Shown here: piece after piece, positions 8,494 to 19,869 of the stretch
How positions within the stretch are numbered: position 1 is the stretch's first letter
Layout of the letters: the number at the start of each line of letters is the position of its first letter
Origin: an uncultured Oscillospiraceae bacterium
Lineage (GTDB): Bacteria; Bacillota; Clostridia; Oscillospirales; Ruminococcaceae
Length of the DNA stretch: 41,150 nucleotides
Assembly (NCBI GenBank): GCA_964581405.1
Contig: CAZOOL010000001.1
Coordinates: 1 to 41,150 of the forward strand
Direction of reading: 5' to 3'
Translations under genes and position numbers: made by a program
Notes under the pieces: model-generated
Seen by the model: the letters and a program-made list of their open reading frames with translations, nothing else
Database searches by the model: none
Told to the model about the DNA's origin: nothing

Positions 8494-9990
8494 TTATTCA
8501 TTATATTTGCTGTAAGATGAATAGTTTTGTTCGATGAATTTGTTCCAATCTGAAACAAGTTCTGTATAGTTTTTTTCACCAATGAAAAGGGTTCCGCCGG
8601 AGCAGATACTATCTATGACGGCGTTTTCTCCGTAAATATTAACAAGATAGCCGATGAAAGAAGAACCGGCAGCATAGGAATCGTTTGGATTTTTATAGTT
8701 TCTGCTGTAAACGGCAATATTTTCAATTTCACCGAAATCAACGGACATATCAATGGGTCTTTTGATGTTTTCACGATACTCGCGGACGTAAAGCGTCGAT
8801 TCGCTGTTGGAAACGGAATTATAGTCTGCATTGAGGAAGGCTATGCCGTAATAATCATATTTATAAGAAAAATATCGTGCGAAGCCTTCTGTTGCCCAAT
8901 TTGCGTTTATAGAGGAAGAGGCAGCGAGCGAATGGATGTATTCATGCATAAGCGAATCAATATTCAGAAGATAAATTGTGTGTTTTCCGGAATTGTAATA
9001 CGAATATGATCCGCTGTTGCTGAAAACGATCGAAAGTGAATTATCATAGTTTGCCAATCTAAAAAGTTCTTGATAGTTCTGCATCTGCGCAGAATTTGTT
9101 TCAAAAAATGCTTTTATGCTTTGATAATCATCATGGAGAAAATTTTCGGATGTAAGCGGATTCATCTCATTATGAGAATCAAGCCAGTCCTTTTCGATGA
9201 AAAATTCGGAATACCTGCATTTCGCAGTGTAGTCAAAAGAGTAACCGCCTTTGGCGTATAAAATTTCGCCGGGAACAAAATCAAGCCCGTTTTCTTTATA
9301 AAATTGAAAAAGAATATCATTGAAAAGATAGACGCTTTCGGGATCGGAACTTGCAGATAATAAAAAATGGAGTTCCTCAATAGTATGGTTACTAAGATAA
9401 TCATTAATAAAAGCTGCAGAAATTGCTTTTACAATGGATATTTCTTCTTCAGAAATGAAGTTGCTTTTGAAACAAAGCAAATTTATATCGAGAATGGCGG
9501 GATTTTCGATATCGGAAGGAAATATGGCGAACTTTTCGCCGTTTAGATATGAAGCGTAACCGTATAAAGCGCCGTAATTGCAATATTTACCGAACAGAGC
9601 AGAAAGAACATCTGTGGAAAAATACAGAGAGTTCCAATCTCTGACGGGAGTATATAGAATTCCGTCGAGTATATAGATATCAGAAAGTGTTTCAGTTGAA
9701 AAAACATAAATTGAGATTTTGCTGCCGTAATTTACCTTTTTTAGTAATTTTTCAACAGCTTCAATGCAGGAAGAACGGTCCGATTCCGGAACGCTTTCTT
9801 CAAATCCGTAAAATGCAAAATCACCTTCGGTAACGAAAAGTTCTTTCGAGAATGAATAGCTTCCGTTTACTTCGGAGTATTTGATGCTTTCGGTTTTGAA
9901 ATTAAGATCAGAAACATCAATACCGATATTTTGACAGCCGGAAAATATACATATCAATAAGCAAAAAAGAATTTTAAGAATATTTCTCAT
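8494..9990 (-). CDS. putative lipoprotein with MA-clan zinc-peptidase-like motif
   Basis: Lipobox LLICIFSGCQN. HEXXH as MHEYIHS, followed 14 residues later by TEGFARYF (the HExxH...EGxAxY arrangement of the Peptidase_MA_2-like group, from memory). Confidence 0.7.
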   Translation of the reverse strand: MRNILKILFCLLICIFSGCQNIGIDVSDLNFKTESIKYSEVNGSYSFSKELFVTEGDFAFYGFEESVPESDRSSCIEAVEKLLKKVNYGSKISIYVFSTETLSDIYILDGILYTPVRDWNSLYFSTDVLSALFGKYCNYGALYGYASYLNGEKFAIFPSDIENPAILDINLLCFKSNFISEEEISIVKAISAAFINDYLSNHTIEELHFLLSASSDPESVYLFNDILFQFYKENGLDFVPGEILYAKGGYSFDYTAKCRYSEFFIEKDWLDSHNEMNPLTSENFLHDDYQSIKAFFETNSAQMQNYQELFRLANYDNSLSIVFSNSGSYSYYNSGKHTIYLLNIDSLMHEYIHSLAASSSINANWATEGFARYFSYKYDYYGIAFLNADYNSVSNSESTLYVREYRENIKRPIDMSVDFGEIENIAVYSRNYKNPNDSYAAGSSFIGYLVNIYGENAVIDSICSGGTLFIGEKNYTELVSDWNKFIEQNYSSYSKYNE

Positions 9991-9991
9991 A

Positions 9992-10450
9992 TTATTTTCC
10001 GAAAAGCTTTGCCAAAGGCTCTATTACTTTCTGCAAATCGGAAATTGCTTTGTTGAGGGTTTCGATATCTATCTGGCTGACGGTTTTGAGCGCTTCGTCA
10101 ACGTCCTCAAGAGCTTTCGTAAGAGCGTCGCCGCTTTCTTCGATAAGGGCGTTGGCGTTGTTGAGAAGCTCGGTTAGCTGGGATTCTTCGAGAACGGTGT
10201 TCAGTTCGTGGGTGAGCGCGGTTATTTCGCTTATGGCGGAATTTACGTCCTCGAGCATGCCGCCGACCTGGATGCTGAGCACCAGAATGGCCGCTGCGAT
10301 AATGAGCATGAGCACAGAAACGATAACTGTTTGTTTCTTGACCCATTTTGTTTGTTTTTCAAGAAGCTCAGTCTGCTTAAGGCTTTGTTCATACAAAAGT
10401 TTTTGATAATCTTTTTCGTTTGCGGGAACTTCAACCATGTTGTTTTCCAT
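9992..10450 (-). CDS. membrane-anchored coiled-coil protein, unknown function (DUF948-like by recollection)
   Basis: One TM segment (VIVSVLMLIIAAAILVLSI) followed by a heptad-like acidic helix. Only 1 nt separates it from the downstream lipoprotein gene. Confidence 0.6.
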   Translation of the reverse strand: MENNMVEVPANEKDYQKLLYEQSLKQTELLEKQTKWVKKQTVIVSVLMLIIAAAILVLSIQVGGMLEDVNSAISEITALTHELNTVLEESQLTELLNNANALIEESGDALTKALEDVDEALKTVSQIDIETLNKAISDLQKVIEPLAKLFGK

Positions 10451-10463
10451 AAATTTGCCTCCT

Positions 10464-10916
10464 TTATGTTACGATATCAACTATTCCGAAAGAGAGTATG
10501 CCCATAATTATGCCGCAGGCAATAACGCCGAGCAAAATAGCGAAGCTGGATTTTACAACACGGAGCTGGAGCAGAGTTGCAATCAAAGAAGCGCTCCATG
10601 CTCCTGTTCCGGGAATAGGCAGTGCGGTGAAAAGAAAAAGCCCGAGGAATTCGACGTTATCGACGGTTTTGGATTTTTTATTACCGTGGTCGATTATTTT
10701 TTGGAATATCCAGCCGATTTTATTGATTTTTGAAAGATAAACAAGAACTGTTTTGGCGAATTTTATAAGGAACGGAACAGGAAGGATATTTCCTATAACG
10801 CAGCAAATAAGAGAAGGGATAAAAGGCATTTCCGCAACGGCGGCATATATCATAGCTCCGCGAAGTTCCACAAGGGGAACCATGGATATTAAAAACAAAT
10901 AAAGATAATCGAGCAA
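10464..10916 (-). CDS. small multidrug-export-like membrane protein (COG2426 / Sm_multidrug_ex family)
   Basis: The motifs VPLVELRGAMIYA and LPIPGTGAWSASLIA match my memory of this family. Four TM segments. Confidence 0.7.
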   Translation of the reverse strand: MLDYLYLFLISMVPLVELRGAMIYAAVAEMPFIPSLICCVIGNILPVPFLIKFAKTVLVYLSKINKIGWIFQKIIDHGNKKSKTVDNVEFLGLFLFTALPIPGTGAWSASLIATLLQLRVVKSSFAILLGVIACGIIMGILSFGIVDIVT

Positions 10917-11057
10917 AAAATCACATCCTGATATGTAGTCAAATATATTCTAAATGATATTATCATAATTGTAAAGTAAAATAAATGAGAAAAACTCTTT
11001 TATTTAAAATAGATTTGTGCTATTATTAATCTGTATTTTTATGACCCGGAGGAAATT

Positions 11058-12293
11058 ATGAAAAAGATTCTTTCTATCTTACTTGCCATTATGATGATGG
11101 TATCCGTTTTTGCGGGCTGTTCCGATGAAGCCGCGGACGGAAACGAAAACAATTCCGAAGCGGAGGGCGAAAGCGGCGGCATCGTTGTTGAATCCCTCAA
11201 TAAATCTTTCACCGCTGTAATTTACGGCGATGAAGATGAAAAAGAATTTTGGAACGAAATAAAAGATGCTTTTGAGAGCGCAAACCAGGGCGTTACGATC
11301 AATATGATTATCAGCGAGGATGCCGCCTATGAAGTGCGCGACAGAATCCTTTCCGGTAATTCTCCGGATTTCGTTTATCTTCCTTCCGATGAAGAAAGCG
11401 GAGTTACAAACGCGCTCATCAAAGATAAAGCTATGACGGATATAAGCGATATAGTTGCCTATGCGCCAAGCGGAGCTTTTGAAAATAATATATGCAAGCC
11501 GTATGATGACGGAAAAGCATACATTGCGCCTTATTTCTTTGAAACCGAAGGACTTATCTACAACAAAGAGCTCCTTTCCGAAAACGGTTTCAGTGTTCCG
11601 GAAACATGGGATGATTTTGTTGCCATTGCGGAAGCTTGCAAAAACAAGAATTTTTCTTTCTATACTTATTCAGGCGCCGAACCCAGTGAGTTTGTAAGTA
11701 TGTTCGCGGCGGCGCTTGTTCCGGTGATCGGTATTGAAGAAGTCGCAAAACTTCTTGACTGTGAAAAGGAAGCTTGGGAAAACGATTCCGTAACCGCATT
11801 TGCGGAACAGATCGAAAGCGTAACAAAGCTTGTTGTTTCCGGCAGCAGCACAAAAAGCAGGGAAGACGTTATCGAATGTCTTGAGGAAGGCGAAGCCCTT
11901 TTTATTTCCGGCACCGGAAACGACCTTGAAGAGCTTAACAAGGATGAAGAAAAATACGCCATCTGCGATTATCCGGTTCTTTCCAGAGGAAGCGTAAACA
12001 TTGTTTCTTTCTCTGAAATGTATATTCCGATAGAGGCGAAAGAGGTTGAACTTGCGAAACAGTTCATTGCTTTCCTTTATGGTGATACCGCTATGAGCAT
12101 TGCTTATGAAAAACTCGGCAAAACCGTGATTGAAAGCGGCGAAACTGTTTTCGCTCCCGAATTTGCAGTAAAATCCGCCGGCAACGAAACTCTTTCCGAC
12201 GAGTTCTGCGCTCTTGTTGTTGATATATTCAAAGGCAATGTTGATGCCGATGAATTCAAAGACAAGATGCTTGAATATATCGAAGAATACTGA
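11058..12293 (+). CDS. extracellular solute-binding lipoprotein (sugar-type family 1 SBP), orphan
   Basis: Lipobox VSVFAGCSDE followed by an acidic linker. It is about 410 aa, typical of carbohydrate SBPs. No permease or ATPase genes are adjacent. Confidence 0.8.
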   Translation: MKKILSILLAIMMMVSVFAGCSDEAADGNENNSEAEGESGGIVVESLNKSFTAVIYGDEDEKEFWNEIKDAFESANQGVTINMIISEDAAYEVRDRILSGNSPDFVYLPSDEESGVTNALIKDKAMTDISDIVAYAPSGAFENNICKPYDDGKAYIAPYFFETEGLIYNKELLSENGFSVPETWDDFVAIAEACKNKNFSFYTYSGAEPSEFVSMFAAALVPVIGIEEVAKLLDCEKEAWENDSVTAFAEQIESVTKLVVSGSSTKSREDVIECLEEGEALFISGTGNDLEELNKDEEKYAICDYPVLSRGSVNIVSFSEMYIPIEAKEVELAKQFIAFLYGDTAMSIAYEKLGKTVIESGETVFAPEFAVKSAGNETLSDEFCALVVDIFKGNVDADEFKDKMLEYIEEY

Positions 12294-12323
12294 CATCATA
12301 ACTCAAAAGGAGATACAAAATAA

Positions 12324-14267
12324 ATGGATAAACCTAAGTTTTATATCACAACAGCCATTGCATATACTTCCAGAAAACCGCATATCGGCAACAGCTATGA
12401 GATCGTTCTCACCGATGCTATCGCAAGATATAAAAGAATGCAGGGATATGATGTTTTCTTCCTCACCGGAACCGATGAGCACGGTCAGAAAATTGAAAAA
12501 TATGCCGCGGATGCCGGCATGACTCCGAAGGAATATGTTGATAAGGTTTCGGGTGAAATCAGGGATATCTGTGATACCCTCAACACCACTTACGACCATT
12601 TCATCAGAACCACCGACGAATATCACGAAAAAACCGTACAGAAGATTTTCAAAAAACTTTACGAGCAGGGAGATATTTAGAAAAGCGAATACGAGGGCCT
12701 GTACTGCACCCCCTGCGAATCTTTCTGGACCGAAAGCCAGCTTGTTGACGGGAAATGTCCCGACTGCGGACGTGAAGTTGGCAAGGCAAAGGAGGAAGCA
12801 TATTTCCTTCGCCTTTCCAAATATCAGAAACAGCTTGAAGAATTTATTGAGAGCAATGAAAACTTTATCTATCCCGAAGCACGCAAAAAAGAGATGCTCA
12901 ATAACTTCATCAAACCCGGACTTCAGGATCTTTGTGTTTCCAGAACATCTTTCAAATGGGGTATTCCCGTAACGTTTGACGACAAGCACGTTATCTATGT
13001 CTGGATTGACGCGCTTTCCAACTATATCACCGCTCTCGGATACGACCCGGAGGGCAGCTCCGAACAGTATAAAAAATACTGGCCTGCGGACGTGCATATA
13101 ATCGGAAAGGATATCGTAAGATTCCACACCATTTACTGGCCCATTATGCTTATGGCGCTCGGCGAGCCCCTTCCGAAGCAGGTTTACGGTCATCCGTGGC
13201 TTCTTTTCGGCGAGGATAAAATGTCGAAATCCCGCGGCAACGTAATCTATGCAGACGACCTTACCAAAGTATTCGGAGTTGACGCTGTCCGTTATTACCT
13301 TCTTACTGAAATGCCTCATGCAAACGATGGTTCCATTACCTACGAAGCGATGATCGACAGATTCAACACCGACCTTGCAAACACTCTCGGAAACCTTGTT
13401 AACCGTACCGTTGCGATGCAAAATAAATATTTCGACGGAGTTATTCAGTCGCCCGACTGCCACGGAGAATTTGATGATGACCTTAAAGCCACCGCCAAGA
13501 AAGCGATGGAAGGCTTTGATAAGAATATCTCCGAATATAAAATGAGCGATGCAATTGACTGCATTATGGACCTTGCGCGCCGCTGCAACAAATATATCGA
13601 CGAAACCATGCCCTGGGCTCTGGCGAAAGACGAAGCGAACAAGGCAAGACTCGGAACGGTTCTTTATAACCTTCTTGAAGGAATCCGTATTCTTTCCGTG
13701 CTCATCGCTCCGATAATGCCCGATACCACCGGAAAGATTGCGGAACAGCTTGGCATGGAGGTTCAGACCTACGAAAGCATTCAGAACTTCGGCGGACTTG
13801 AAGCAGGCAGAAAAGTCGGAACCGCAACACCTCTTTTCTCCAGAATAGACGGAGAAAAACTTATTGCGGAACTTGAAGCTGCTCATAAAGCGCAGCTTGA
13901 AGCCGAAAAAGCAGCCGAAAAGCCCGTGATTGAGCTTGAACCGGAAATCACCATTGATGATTTTACCAAAGTGGAACTTCGCGTTGCAAAGATACTTGAA
14001 TGCGAAAAAGTTCCGAAGGCAAAGAAACTCTATAAAATTCAGCTTGACGACGGAATGGGCGGACGCCAGATCGTTTCCGGAATAGCACAGCATTATACTC
14101 CCGATGAGCTTATCGGCAAAAAAGTCGTAATTGTTGCGAACCTCAAGCCCGCAAAGCTCTGCGGAGTTGAGTCCAGCGGAATGCTTCTTGCGGGAAACAG
14201 GGAAGATGATTCTGTCTGCGTTACATTCATTGATGATTCCGTACCGGTGGGAACGAGGCTCCATTAA
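12324..14267 (+). CDS. metG: methionine--tRNA ligase interrupted by one in-frame TAG (12678..12680); strictly a pseudogene, otherwise full length
   Basis: The two track ORFs 12324..12680 and 12894..14267 are in the same frame. Translation through the stop gives ...[23 protein letters not shown]...CPDCGR...KMSKS... plus the C-terminal tRNA-binding domain. Confidence 0.9.
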
Positions 14268-15055
14268 TGGAATACAGAGGAATTTTTGATACCCACGCCC
14301 ATTATGACGACGAAAGATTTGATGAGGATCGTGACACCGTGCTCGGAGGACTTGCCGGGCACGGCGTTTCCTTGGTAGTTGATCCTGCCTGCGACCTTGA
14401 ATCCTGTAAAAAGACCATTGCGCTTTCTTCGGAATACAGTTTCCTTTACTCTGCTGTGGGGGTCCACCCACATTCTGCTGAAAGCGACGGAACGGGCAGC
14501 TGGCTTGAAAAAGTCGAGGCTTTTTCAAAAAACAAAAAGGTCGTGGCGATAGGAGAGATCGGTCTTGATTATCACTATGATTTTTCACCGAGGGATAAGC
14601 AGAAGGAGGTTTTTGCCGCCCAGCTTGCCCTTGCAAATGACCTTGGCCTGCCGGTGATAATTCACGACAGGGAAGCCCATGCGGATACCCTTGAGCTTGT
14701 AAAAAAATATCGTCCGAAGGGGATAGTCCATTGTTTTTCCGGCTCTGCTGAAACCGCAAGGGAGTTCCTCAGACTCGGAATGTATATAGGCTTTACGGGT
14801 TCAGTAACATTCAGGAACGCAAATAAGCTTCTGCTTGCGGCGATGGAAGTTCCGGAGGACAGGATACTCCTTGAAACGGACTGCCCGTATATGGCGCCGG
14901 TTCCTTTTAGAGGACAGAGATGCGACAGTACGCTTATTCCTGCGACGGCGGAACGTCTTGCGGAGCTTCGCGGAACGGACCCGCAGACGCTTATCGACCG
15001 GGCAAGGGAAAACGGCTGCAGAATTTACGGAATCGATGCGGAGGACATAAAATGA
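14267..15055 (+). CDS. tatD: TatD-family metal-dependent hydrolase
   Basis: GIFDTHAHYDDERF...GEIGLDYHY...VIIHDREAH...HCFSG...ETDCPYMAP. The start overlaps the metG stop (TAATG). Confidence 0.9.
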   Translation: MEYRGIFDTHAHYDDERFDEDRDTVLGGLAGHGVSLVVDPACDLESCKKTIALSSEYSFLYSAVGVHPHSAESDGTGSWLEKVEAFSKNKKVVAIGEIGLDYHYDFSPRDKQKEVFAAQLALANDLGLPVIIHDREAHADTLELVKKYRPKGIVHCFSGSAETAREFLRLGMYIGFTGSVTFRNANKLLLAAMEVPEDRILLETDCPYMAPVPFRGQRCDSTLIPATAERLAELRGTDPQTLIDRARENGCRIYGIDAEDIK

Positions 15056-15765
15056 GAATAAGAAGAAAACCCTGGGCAAGACCGGAACTTGCCGAATGGG
15101 AAAACTGCATAGACGTTCCGGCAGAGAACAGAGGAAAATGGCATTCGGTTTTCAAAAATGATGCTCCGCTTATGATTGAGCTTGGCTGCGGAAAAGGCGG
15201 CTTTATTTCAAAGCTCGCGGTTGCCCATCCGGAAACCAACTTCATTGCCGTTGATATCAAAAGCGAGATGCTCGGACTTGCAATGCGCAATATCAAGCGC
15301 GAATATGCCGAGGCGAACAGGGAAGTTGACAACGTATATATTTTCAGCCAGGAGATCATGCTTATCAATAAGGTTTTTTCCAAGGATGATATGTGCGACA
15401 GAATTTATATCAATTTCTGCAACCCCTGGCCCAAAACCCATGACCACAAAAAACGCCTTACCCATAACAACCAGCTGATGCAGTACCGCGAATTCCTTAA
15501 AGACGGAGGCGAGATTCGATTCAAAACCGATAATGACGATCTTTTTCTTTCATCGAAAAGATATTTTGCGGAATGCGGCTTTGAACTTACTTTTGTTACC
15601 GAAGATCTTCATAATTCCGGTTTTGAGGATAATATAATGACTGAACACGAGAAGATGTTTTCGGAACAGGGAATACCGATAAAGTTTTTGATTGCTAAAA
15701 AATTAACGGTAAATCCGTCTGAAAATTTGCTCAGTGACAATGAAAAAACGGTCAGTGAACCCTGA
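15052..15765 (+). CDS. trmB: tRNA (guanine46-N7)-methyltransferase
   Basis: ELGCGKGGF...FIAVDIK...INFCNPWPK...RFKTDN. ATG 15052 overlaps the tatD stop (ATGA). The longer track ORF from 14920 lies inside tatD. Confidence 0.9.
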   Translation: MRIRRKPWARPELAEWENCIDVPAENRGKWHSVFKNDAPLMIELGCGKGGFISKLAVAHPETNFIAVDIKSEMLGLAMRNIKREYAEANREVDNVYIFSQEIMLINKVFSKDDMCDRIYINFCNPWPKTHDHKKRLTHNNQLMQYREFLKDGGEIRFKTDNDDLFLSSKRYFAECGFELTFVTEDLHNSGFEDNIMTEHEKMFSEQGIPIKFLIAKKLTVNPSENLLSDNEKTVSEP

Positions 15766-15842
15766 AAATCGGTCAATCGGTCCGAATTTGTGAACAAAAA
15801 TTAAAAAATCATGTATTTTATGAAAAATATGTGCCAAAACAA

Positions 15843-15871
15843 TTGACATTTGGCAGCGTATGGTATAGAAT
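15843..15871 (+). promoter_or_regulatory. sigma-A promoter of groES-groEL
   Basis: TTGACA, 17-nt spacer, TAGAAT. Confidence 0.6.
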
Positions 15872-15875
15872 GTAT

Positions 15876-15902
15876 TTAGCACTCAAAAAGAAAGAGTGCT
15901 AA
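15876..15902 (+). promoter_or_regulatory. CIRCE operator (HrcA binding site)
   Basis: TTAGCACTC-aaaaagaaa-GAGTGCTAA is a perfect match to the TTAGCACTC-N9-GAGTGCTAA consensus. Confidence 0.9.
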
Positions 15903-15946
15903 AAAGTGTCTAATCAATAAATAACATATATTTAGGAGGATTTCCA

Positions 15947-16234
15947 ATGAACGTAAAACCCCTTGGAGACAGAGTTGTTATTAAAATGGTGGATTATGAA
16001 GAAAAGACCAAAGGCGGTCTTTTCATCACCGCTACCGCACAGGACAAACCTGAAATCGCAGAAGTTATTGCAGTTGGCCCCGGCGGCGTCATTGACGGCA
16101 AAGAAGTTGAAATGCAGCTCAAAGTCGGCGACCATGTAATCATGGGCAAATATGCCGGCACCACTGTTAAAATCGACGGGGAAGAGATCATCATCCTCTC
16201 TCAGAACGACATCCTTGCTGTTGTTGAAGACTGA
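15947..16234 (+). CDS. groES: co-chaperonin GroES
   Basis: MNVKPLGDRVVIKMVDYEEKTKGGLFI... Confidence 0.97.
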   Translation: MNVKPLGDRVVIKMVDYEEKTKGGLFITATAQDKPEIAEVIAVGPGGVIDGKEVEMQLKVGDHVIMGKYAGTTVKIDGEEIIILSQNDILAVVED

Positions 16235-16266
16235 TTTTAATTATTGTTAACTTTTTACGGAGGTAA

Positions 16267-17922
<1,656 letters not shown>

Positions 17923-17940
17923 TATCTGAATTTAATACCG

Positions 17941-17972
17941 AAAAGAGCTTCCCGACCGGGAAGCTCTTTTTT
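17941..17972. terminator. bidirectional rho-independent terminator
   Basis: aaaa + gagcttccc-gacc-gggaagctc + tttttt. Confidence 0.75.
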
Positions 17973-17973
17973 A

Positions 17974-18387
17974 TCAATATTTTATTTTCATAAATCCTTC
18001 GCAGCCCATTTCGGAATAGGGGATAAAGCCGCAGGATTTATAGAAGGAAACGGTTTTCTCTGTATTATCCGTTGCGAGTTCAACCTGATAAACCTCCGGA
18101 TAACAGTCGAGCATGGCCTGTATAAGCCTTTTGCCGATGCCTTTGCGCTGATATTCCGGCAGGATAAGGATATCCTGTATAAAAACGACTGAATATCCGT
18201 CTCCGACGGCGCGGATTATGCCAACGAGCCTGTTTCCGTCGTGAGCACCGAAAATTTTGAGAGAATGTTCAAATGCGTGCTCAAGCATTTCGGGTTTGTT
18301 TGTGTATGAGCACCAGCCGACACTGTTATAAAGGCTGATAATTTCGCTGTGCTCATAGCTTTTATATTCGGTTATCGTTATTTCCAT
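17974..18387 (-). CDS. GNAT-family N-acetyltransferase
   Basis: The acetyl-CoA binding motif LPEYQRKGIGKRLI sits in a 137-aa protein. Confidence 0.8.
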   Translation of the reverse strand: MEITITEYKSYEHSEIISLYNSVGWCSYTNKPEMLEHAFEHSLKIFGAHDGNRLVGIIRAVGDGYSVVFIQDILILPEYQRKGIGKRLIQAMLDCYPEVYQVELATDNTEKTVSFYKSCGFIPYSEMGCEGFMKIKY

Positions 18388-18456
18388 AAAAATCTCCTTT
18401 CAAGGTCAAAATCAAAGGAGAAAAAGGCGCAATCTCATAAAAAACCTCCGCAGAAA

Positions 18457-18484
18457 GATAAAAGCCGCCGGATTCCGGCGGCTT
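18457..18484 (-). terminator. rho-independent terminator of the ireB operon
   Basis: agccgccgg-att-ccggcggct, with a T-run on the minus strand. Confidence 0.65.
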
Positions 18485-18493
18485 TCGCTTTGC

Positions 18494-18784
18494 TTATTCC
18501 TTAACTTCGCCAAGCTGACGGTCGAGCCATGCGGAAGCAAGGTCGAGAGCAGCATAAAGTCCGTCGCGTTCCGCACGTTTGAGAACCATTTCAGTAGGTG
18601 CAGCGTTAGGATCGGTGGACATCATTTGAAGAACAATGTGTCCGGCAACTTCGGTTCCGGCAGATTCAACGGTATTGGAAATCTGGAGCATGACGACATA
18701 GGGGTCGCGCATATCTCCGTAATAAAGAATTTTTTTGCTGCGTACAAGGGGACGACCCTTGTAGGTCATAAACTGTTCAGACAT
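18494..18784 (-). CDS. hypothetical protein, co-transcribed with ireB
   Basis: ORF 18494..18805. ATG 18784 (MSEQFMTYKGRPLV...) is preceded by GGAGGAT. No motif recognised. Confidence 0.6.
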   Translation of the reverse strand: MSEQFMTYKGRPLVRSKKILYYGDMRDPYVVMLQISNTVESAGTEVAGHIVLQMMSTDPNAAPTEMVLKRAERDGLYAALDLASAWLDRQLGEVKE

Positions 18785-18801
18785 AGTATCCTCCAATAAG
18801 A

Positions 18802-19047
18802 TCAATCGTTGAGATAGGTTTTCACCAGAATCTGAAGAAGCTCGTCGCGGTCGATGCGGCGGATAAGGCTTCTTGCGTTGTTATGGGTGGTGATATAGGT
18901 GGGGTCTTCGGAAAGGATGTATCCGACTATCTGGTTGATGGGGTTGTATCCTTTTTGGCGGAGAGCATCATAAACAGTTGTAAGAATCGCTTTTATCTCT
19001 TTTTCTTTATCTTCACGAATAGAAAAGGAAATGGTAGGTTCGTTCAC
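18802..19047 (-). CDS. ireB: IreB-family regulatory phosphoprotein (UPF0297/YrzL)
   Basis: [47 protein letters not shown] is the family signature. GTG 19047 is preceded by GGAGGA. The track ORF extends further upstream without an RBS. Confidence 0.8.
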   Translation of the reverse strand: MNEPTISFSIREDKEKEIKAILTTVYDALRQKGYNPINQIVGYILSEDPTYITTHNNARSLIRRIDRDELLQILVKTYLND

Positions 19048-19280
19048 GGAAAATCCTCCTCTCAATTTTTGCACCGTGCAAAACATAAAATTATCACATA
19101 TATATTCTACAACAAAATAAGATTTATAGCAAGAGATGTTGCGCAAAAATTTATTAAATTATTGAAAGAATATATCGTTTTTGCTATATGAAAATTTCTT
19201 ATTATATGATATAATCAATAATAATTGAATTCGTCGAAAGCTGCGGCTTCCGGAAAAAACACTTGAAATGAGGGAATATC

Positions 19281-19856
19281 ATGGCAAAGCTTTATTTCAA
19301 ATACGGCGCTATGGGAAGTTCGAAGTCTGCCCAGGCGCTTATCGCAAAATATAATTACGAAGAGCGCGGAATGAAGGTCTGGCTCATAAAGCCGAAAACC
19401 GATACCAGAGACGGTGCCGAAATCATTAAATCAAGGATCGGTCTTTATGCGGTGGCGGAACAGATCGGTTCCGAAGACAGCATAAAGGAGCTTTTTGCGA
19501 AGCACGATGACTGCAACGTTATTATTGCCGATGAATCCCAGTTCCTCGCTCCGGAACAGATCGACGAGCTTCGTGATATAGTTGATGAGATGAATATTCC
19601 GGTTATGTGCTTCGGTCTTCGCACCGACTTTATTACAAAGCTTTTCCCGGGAAGCATGCGCCTTTTCGAGGTCGCCGATTCCATTACCGAAATCAAAACC
19701 ATCTGCGATTGCGGAGCGAAAGCAACCGTAAACGCAAGAATGGACGACAACGGAAAAATCGTTACCGCCGGCGACCAGATTTGCCTCGGCGGAAACGACA
19801 GATATATCGCAATGTGCCATAAATGCTGGAAGAAAGCCATTGCAGAACAGAAATAA
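19281..19856 (+). CDS. tdk: thymidine kinase
   Basis: GAMGSSKS P-loop, DESQF, and a C-terminal zinc ribbon CDCG...CHKC. Confidence 0.93.
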   Translation: MAKLYFKYGAMGSSKSAQALIAKYNYEERGMKVWLIKPKTDTRDGAEIIKSRIGLYAVAEQIGSEDSIKELFAKHDDCNVIIADESQFLAPEQIDELRDIVDEMNIPVMCFGLRTDFITKLFPGSMRLFEVADSITEIKTICDCGAKATVNARMDDNGKIVTAGDQICLGGNDRYIAMCHKCWKKAIAEQK

Positions 19857-19869
19857 GGAGGAAATTATC

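Noticed and set aside
12303-14759. An 818-aa ORF on the minus strand covering metG and part of tatD.
   Set aside because: It is the codon-aligned antisense frame of two clearly identified genes. Its translation is low-complexity (rich in F, K, N, G and C) and has no motifs. It stays open only because the sense genes avoid TTA, CTA and TCA codons.
14920-15051. The N-terminal 44-codon extension of trmB in the ORF track.
   Set aside because: It lies entirely inside the tatD coding region in another frame. ATG 15052 gives the canonical TrmB N-terminus and an ATGA stop/start overlap.
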